A stretch of DNA of 63,468 bases, counting the filler, from Pelomyxa schiedti (lineage: Eukaryota; Protista; Evosea), in assembly GCA_020536535.1 (NCBI GenBank). It is 17 parts of 17 records of this genome, joined end to end, with 100 filler letters (N's around TTAATTAATTAA, not from the genome) between each part and the next. Parts side by side here need not be neighbours in the genome. Positions count along the whole stretch, not along the records: positions 59,112 to 63,468 come from JAHLWZ010001603.1; 16 more parts are not named here. One strand, 5' to 3'. Of this stretch, positions 59,572 through 63,468 are shown piece by piece. Each line of letters starts with the position of its first letter. Within the stretch, counting starts at the first letter, position 1. The notes under the pieces are model-generated. The model was given only the letters and a program-made list of their open reading frames with translations. It was not told the origin of the DNA and did no database searches. The position numbers were made by a program, and so were the translations under genes.

Positions 59572-60882
59572 ATGCCGTTCTCAGCAATCATCCGAGTTGT
59601 TGTCGACGCACGATCGCAGTTTGTTGCGTTTGCGAGTTCGTCGATTGAGAGGTGTGGCGTTGCGAGTGCCGCCAAGTCACTGTCCCACAATCGGGCGCTG
59701 TGCGAGTCGTTCGGCCGCGTCTGGGTCACCGGCTGCCTCTACCAAGTCGGCACCACGGCCACGGCCGCGGAAGTGCGCCGAGGGGCGGTCGCGTCGACAG
59801 ACGGGGAGGAGGAGGGCGTGCACGTGTTCATGGGCCTGAGCGCCACCCTCGGCGTCGTGTGGTCCACGTGCCCTGCGGCCCGCGGGTTGGTCCTCGGCGA
59901 CGGCACGTCCGCGGGCGTCGACCGCGTCGCGGCGTGCTTGGGCAACACAAACAACCACAACAACAACAACAACGGCAACGGCGGAGGCAGGTTCGTGGCG
60001 GCATCCACGTGCATGGCCACCGTGCTCGACGCAGCTGGGAAGGCCGTGACTGTGCTGGCCGACACTGAGGGTGACGAGATGAACTGGTACCCTGAGGGGT
60101 TCTGGGTTGGCAACGGCAGGTGGCTTGTGTTTGTTGGCCACCCTGTGTTGCACACGCGGCTCTTTGTGTGGAGGATGATGGATGGCGGTGGTGTTGGTGG
60201 TGGTGTGCCTGTGGGCGCTGGCGTGAGGGTGAAGTTGTGTGTTCCACTCAATAGGAAAGGGGCTGGCTTCTCCAGGTTCAACCCTTGCAGTGACGAACTT
60301 GTTTTTGTTGGTGGTGAATGTCCAAAGGGCAGTGAGGGTGAGGGCGCAAAGGGTGAAGGTGCAGCAAGTGAGGCAGCAGCTGTTTCGTTTGTCAACCTTG
60401 AAAGGAGCATTGACACTGGAATCACTGTTGAGAGCAAGAAGCGTGTCCTTCTCCCATACTCTTATCCACTTGGGTTGGCTTGGGAATCACCAGACACAAT
60501 CCTAACACTGCACAATGACACAATTGCCAACAACTTCAAAGTTTACAACATCAAGTCTGGTGAAATGCACACATTCCTGTATGACAACTATGCTGGCATT
60601 TATTCTGTTCCACCTGGTTCACACATTGTTGCCTGTTTGTCTGATGTACACACAAAATATGAGATTTACTGCGCTTCGAATCTGAGTCAGCCATCATCAT
60701 GGATCTGTGGAGGTGGTGACCCTGGATCAATTTCATTGAAAGGAATCAACATTGTCCCTGCAGAAAGAATTACTGCTCCTGGAGCAGAGGTGACTGCCGA
60801 GATCCATGATGCCTTCACACAGAAGTGCATTGCATGTTCAGACAAGCAGGCAACAATGTGTGAACCAGGTGGAACAGAATAA
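59572..60882 (+). CDS. Family B protein; C-terminus replaced by the antisense of the inverted copy
   Basis: MPFSAIIRVVVDARSQFVAFASSSIERCG..; paralogue of 10009-11256. The last about 14 codons derive from the inverted duplicate. Confidence 0.75.
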   Translation: MPFSAIIRVVVDARSQFVAFASSSIERCGVASAAKSLSHNRALCESFGRVWVTGCLYQVGTTATAAEVRRGAVASTDGEEEGVHVFMGLSATLGVVWSTCPAARGLVLGDGTSAGVDRVAACLGNTNNHNNNNNGNGGGRFVAASTCMATVLDAAGKAVTVLADTEGDEMNWYPEGFWVGNGRWLVFVGHPVLHTRLFVWRMMDGGGVGGGVPVGAGVRVKLCVPLNRKGAGFSRFNPCSDELVFVGGECPKGSEGEGAKGEGAASEAAAVSFVNLERSIDTGITVESKKRVLLPYSYPLGLAWESPDTILTLHNDTIANNFKVYNIKSGEMHTFLYDNYAGIYSVPPGSHIVACLSDVHTKYEIYCASNLSQPSSWICGGGDPGSISLKGINIVPAERITAPGAEVTAEIHDAFTQKCIACSDKQATMCEPGGTE

Positions 60883-61235
60883 ATGCCAGCATAGTTATCA
60901 TACGGAATGTGTGCACTTCACCAAAGTTGATGTTGTAAACTTTGAAGTTGTTGGCAGTTGTGTCATTGTGAAGAGTGAGGATTGTGTCTGGTGATTCCCA
61001 AGCCAACCCAAGTGGATAAGAGTATGGGAGAAGGACACGCTTCTTGCTCTCAACAGTGATTCCAGCTTCAATGCTCCTTTCAAGGTTGACAAACGAAACA
61101 GCTGCTGCCTCACTTGCTGCCCCTTCACCCTTTGTACCCTCACCCTCACTGCCCTTTGCACATTCACCACCACCAACAAAAACAAGCTCATCACTGCAAT
61201 TGGTGAACCTGGAGAAACCAACCCCTTTCCCATTA

Positions 61236-62368
61236 GACTTTCCCTAATTTATAATTAATCAGTTTCGCAGCACTTGTTGGCGATTTTTTGGTACAACTCG
61301 ATTTTTGCCACCCACAACTTGGTGTTTTCCGAGTTGCGCCAACTGACAACTAACTGACAACAACAGACAACAGCACGGCAATGGCCAACGCCAACAGAAC
61401 AAACAACAACAAAAACAACAACAACAACAGTATGACAACCGTCAAAGCAGCAACAACCACCAGCTGCCAACAACGCTGAAACGAACCAATCGGGGGAAAA
61501 AAAGAGAAAAATTACAAAAAATGGTTTTCTTTTTATTTACATGGGGACAACGAGACAAGCCAACGATACGACGGAGCGGACGACGGAGCGGACGACGGAG
61601 CGGACGACGGAGCGGACGACGGAGCAGACGACGAATCAAACCACGAATCAATCAGTGTGGCCTCGAAAAAACCCTGCACACTTGCCAATAAAATGGCACC
61701 ACCGCATAAACACACAACACAACAACCAGAGAGACGAACAAAAAAAAAAAACCTTGGTTTGCGTACCGACGAGCGGCAATGCGGTTTGTTGAGTTAATTA
61801 AATTAAAAAGAAAATGCTTTGAACAACGAAGGGTTTTTTTTGATCAAAAGAAACGTATGGAAAGCAACTGAAAATCAAATAGCCTTCGTGGGCTGTGAAG
61901 TCCCGTGAAAAAAACTAAAAAAACCTAAGTCCGTCAGACGGCCGGTGCGGCACCTCCGAGCGATTGCTGTGGTCATCTTCGTTTTTTGCTGTTGTGGTTC
62001 TGTGTTTTGTTGCGTTTGGTGTCGCTACCATTTTTTTTTTAACCTGCGTCTGCTTCACCAGGGAAGTAGGTGGTGGGTGATGGAGAGAACGGATCCACCA
62101 TGAGAATGGGATTGCTGAGTATGGGCGTGGGCGTGGGCGTGGGCGTGGGCGTGGGCGTGGGCGTGGGCGTGGGCGTGGTTACAACCACAAAAAAAAAATT
62201 CTTCTTTTTTTCATCCACATGTTTGTATTGCTGCCACCCACTTTTTATTGCCAGTTGTGTTGTTGCTGGTTCTGCCAGTTGGCAGCCGCCACAGATGAAA
62301 AATCGAGTTGTACCAAAAAATCGCCAAAAAGTGCTGGGAACTCGATTAATTATAAATTCGGGAAGGTC
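61236..62368. mobile_element. Complete non-autonomous TIR (MITE-like) element, about 1.13 kb
   Basis: About 72-bp imperfect terminal inverted repeats (61236-61307 / 62297-62368), TA on both flanks, no transposase ORF; inserted in coding sequence. Confidence 0.85.
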
Positions 62369-62648
62369 TAATGAGTGGAACACACAACTTCACCCCCACG
62401 CCCACACCCACAGACACCCCACCACCACCACCACCACCACCCATCATCCTCCACACAAAGAGCCGTGTGTGCAACACAGGGTGGCCAACAAACACAAGCC
62501 ACCTGCCGTTTCCAACCCAGAACCCCTCAGGGTACCAGTTCATCTCGTCGCCCTCGGAGCAGTCCAGCACAGCCACCTCCTTCCCGGCTGCATCGACGAC
62601 GGTCGCTGGGTACGTGGAAGCCACCACGAACCTGCCTCCGCCATCGCC

Positions 62649-62649
62649 G

Positions 62650-62722
<73 letters not shown>
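62649..62722. repeat. (GTT)n microsatellite (poly-Asn on minus)
   Basis: About 24 units, versus a much shorter Asn run in the intact paralogue near 59950. Confidence 0.9.
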
Positions 62723-62724
<2 letters not shown>

Positions 62725-63016
62725 GTGTTGCCCAAGCACGCCGCGACGCGGTCTACGCGTGCCAGCGCGCGGCGGCCGTCGTCATCGCCGCCGAGGAGCA
62801 ACCCGCGGGCTGCGGGGCACGTGGACCACACGACACTGAGAGTGGCGCTCAGGCCCATGAACACGTGCACGCCCTCCTCCTCCCCGTCTGTCGACGTGAT
62901 CGTCCCTCGGCGCACTTCTGCGGCCGTAGCGGTGGCACCGACTTGGTAGAGGCAGCCGGCGACCCAGTCGCGGCCGAACGACTCGCACAGCGCCCGATTG
63001 TGGGACAGTGACTTGG

Positions 63017-63468
63017 TGTGGGGTATGCCGCGGCTCCTCGTTCGACTTGGGAGGGACTATCAGGAAGAGGTCTGAGGGCCGTCTGATTACTTTGCCACTG
63101 CTGCTGGTTCTTCTTTTCTTGGTCGTTCTGGGCGTACCGCAAGTCCGAGCAGCTTCTGTCTCTGGGAAGGGGGAGGAACCATTCATCAAACCCGGTGGCT
63201 GCTGTGGTGCCGCAGACTGTTGTTCTTCTTCAGAAGGTTCTTCCACATGTGTTTGTCGCTCTTCCAGTAGACTTCCCCTAAAACAGTCTTCAGCCAACTG
63301 GGGTGTTGTCTTCCAGCCAACAACTCGTTTGACAGCCAGCACGTGGTGTGGGGGCTGACACAAGGGGTGGCAGCCAGCAGGTTGTGTGGCAGCCAGCAAA
63401 TCGTTTGACAGCCAGCACTTGGCATGGGAGCCGACATCTCAGGTGGAGGCTGACAAATTGTGTGGGAG
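63017..63468. other. Non-homologous segment replacing the 5' end of the inverted copy; rich in CAGCCAGCA repeats
   Basis: Homology to the paralogue stops abruptly at 63016. Motifs tttgacagccagcac (x2), ggcagccagca (x2) and ggctgaca recur in 63310-63460. Confidence 0.45.

Larger units (their letters stand above)
60838..63016 (-). pseudogene. Inverted duplicate of the family B gene, interrupted by a TIR element and truncated at both ends
   Basis: Strong nucleotide identity to 59672-60645. KLCVPL is interrupted at 62370 and resumes as NGKGVGFSRF at 61233. There is a 1-nt deletion near 60901 and an expanded Asn tract. Confidence 0.82.

Noticed and set aside
61234-62370. TIR element acting as an introner (spliced out)
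   Set aside because: Neither orientation offers a GT/GC donor at the insertion boundary, and the host copy has other lesions.

Overview
Eukaryotic (protist) genomic DNA with very short GT-AG introns (about 40-70 nt). The gene content (single-lobe myosin light chain, actin, expanded lineage-specific ankyrin-like and beta-rich families) suggests an amoebozoan. From recall of similar hypothetical-protein families it may be an archamoeba such as Pelomyxa; this is inference, not a database result. The window is not one locus: it is 17 contigs joined by artificial N44-TTAATTAATTAA-N44 linkers, plus seven 100-N scaffold gaps, six of them flanked by about 120-bp overlap duplications. Neighbourhood arguments therefore hold only within a contig. 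Many real genes are multi-exon and are fragmented or missing in the ORF track. Housekeeping-type genes: ZCCHC10-like, Rab1-like, two actin copies, an MlcB-like EF-hand protein, F-box proteins, ankyrin and TRIM-like SPRY proteins. The top finding is a complete spliced gene at 24317-27369 (-). It encodes two C2H2 zinc fingers, a circularly permuted SF2 helicase (motif order Ia-II-III-V-VI, then Walker A; GREB1-type permutation) and an Rrp8-like SAM methyltransferase, a candidate single-polypeptide nucleic-acid modification machine. Other highlights: a bacterial-type vWA domain fused to a host repeat family, a tandemly duplicated intronless phage/giant-virus-type gene, an A-T-R carboxylic-acid-reductase-like gene, a 1.13-kb TIR element present twice, a fold-back gene duplication, and an orphan gag.
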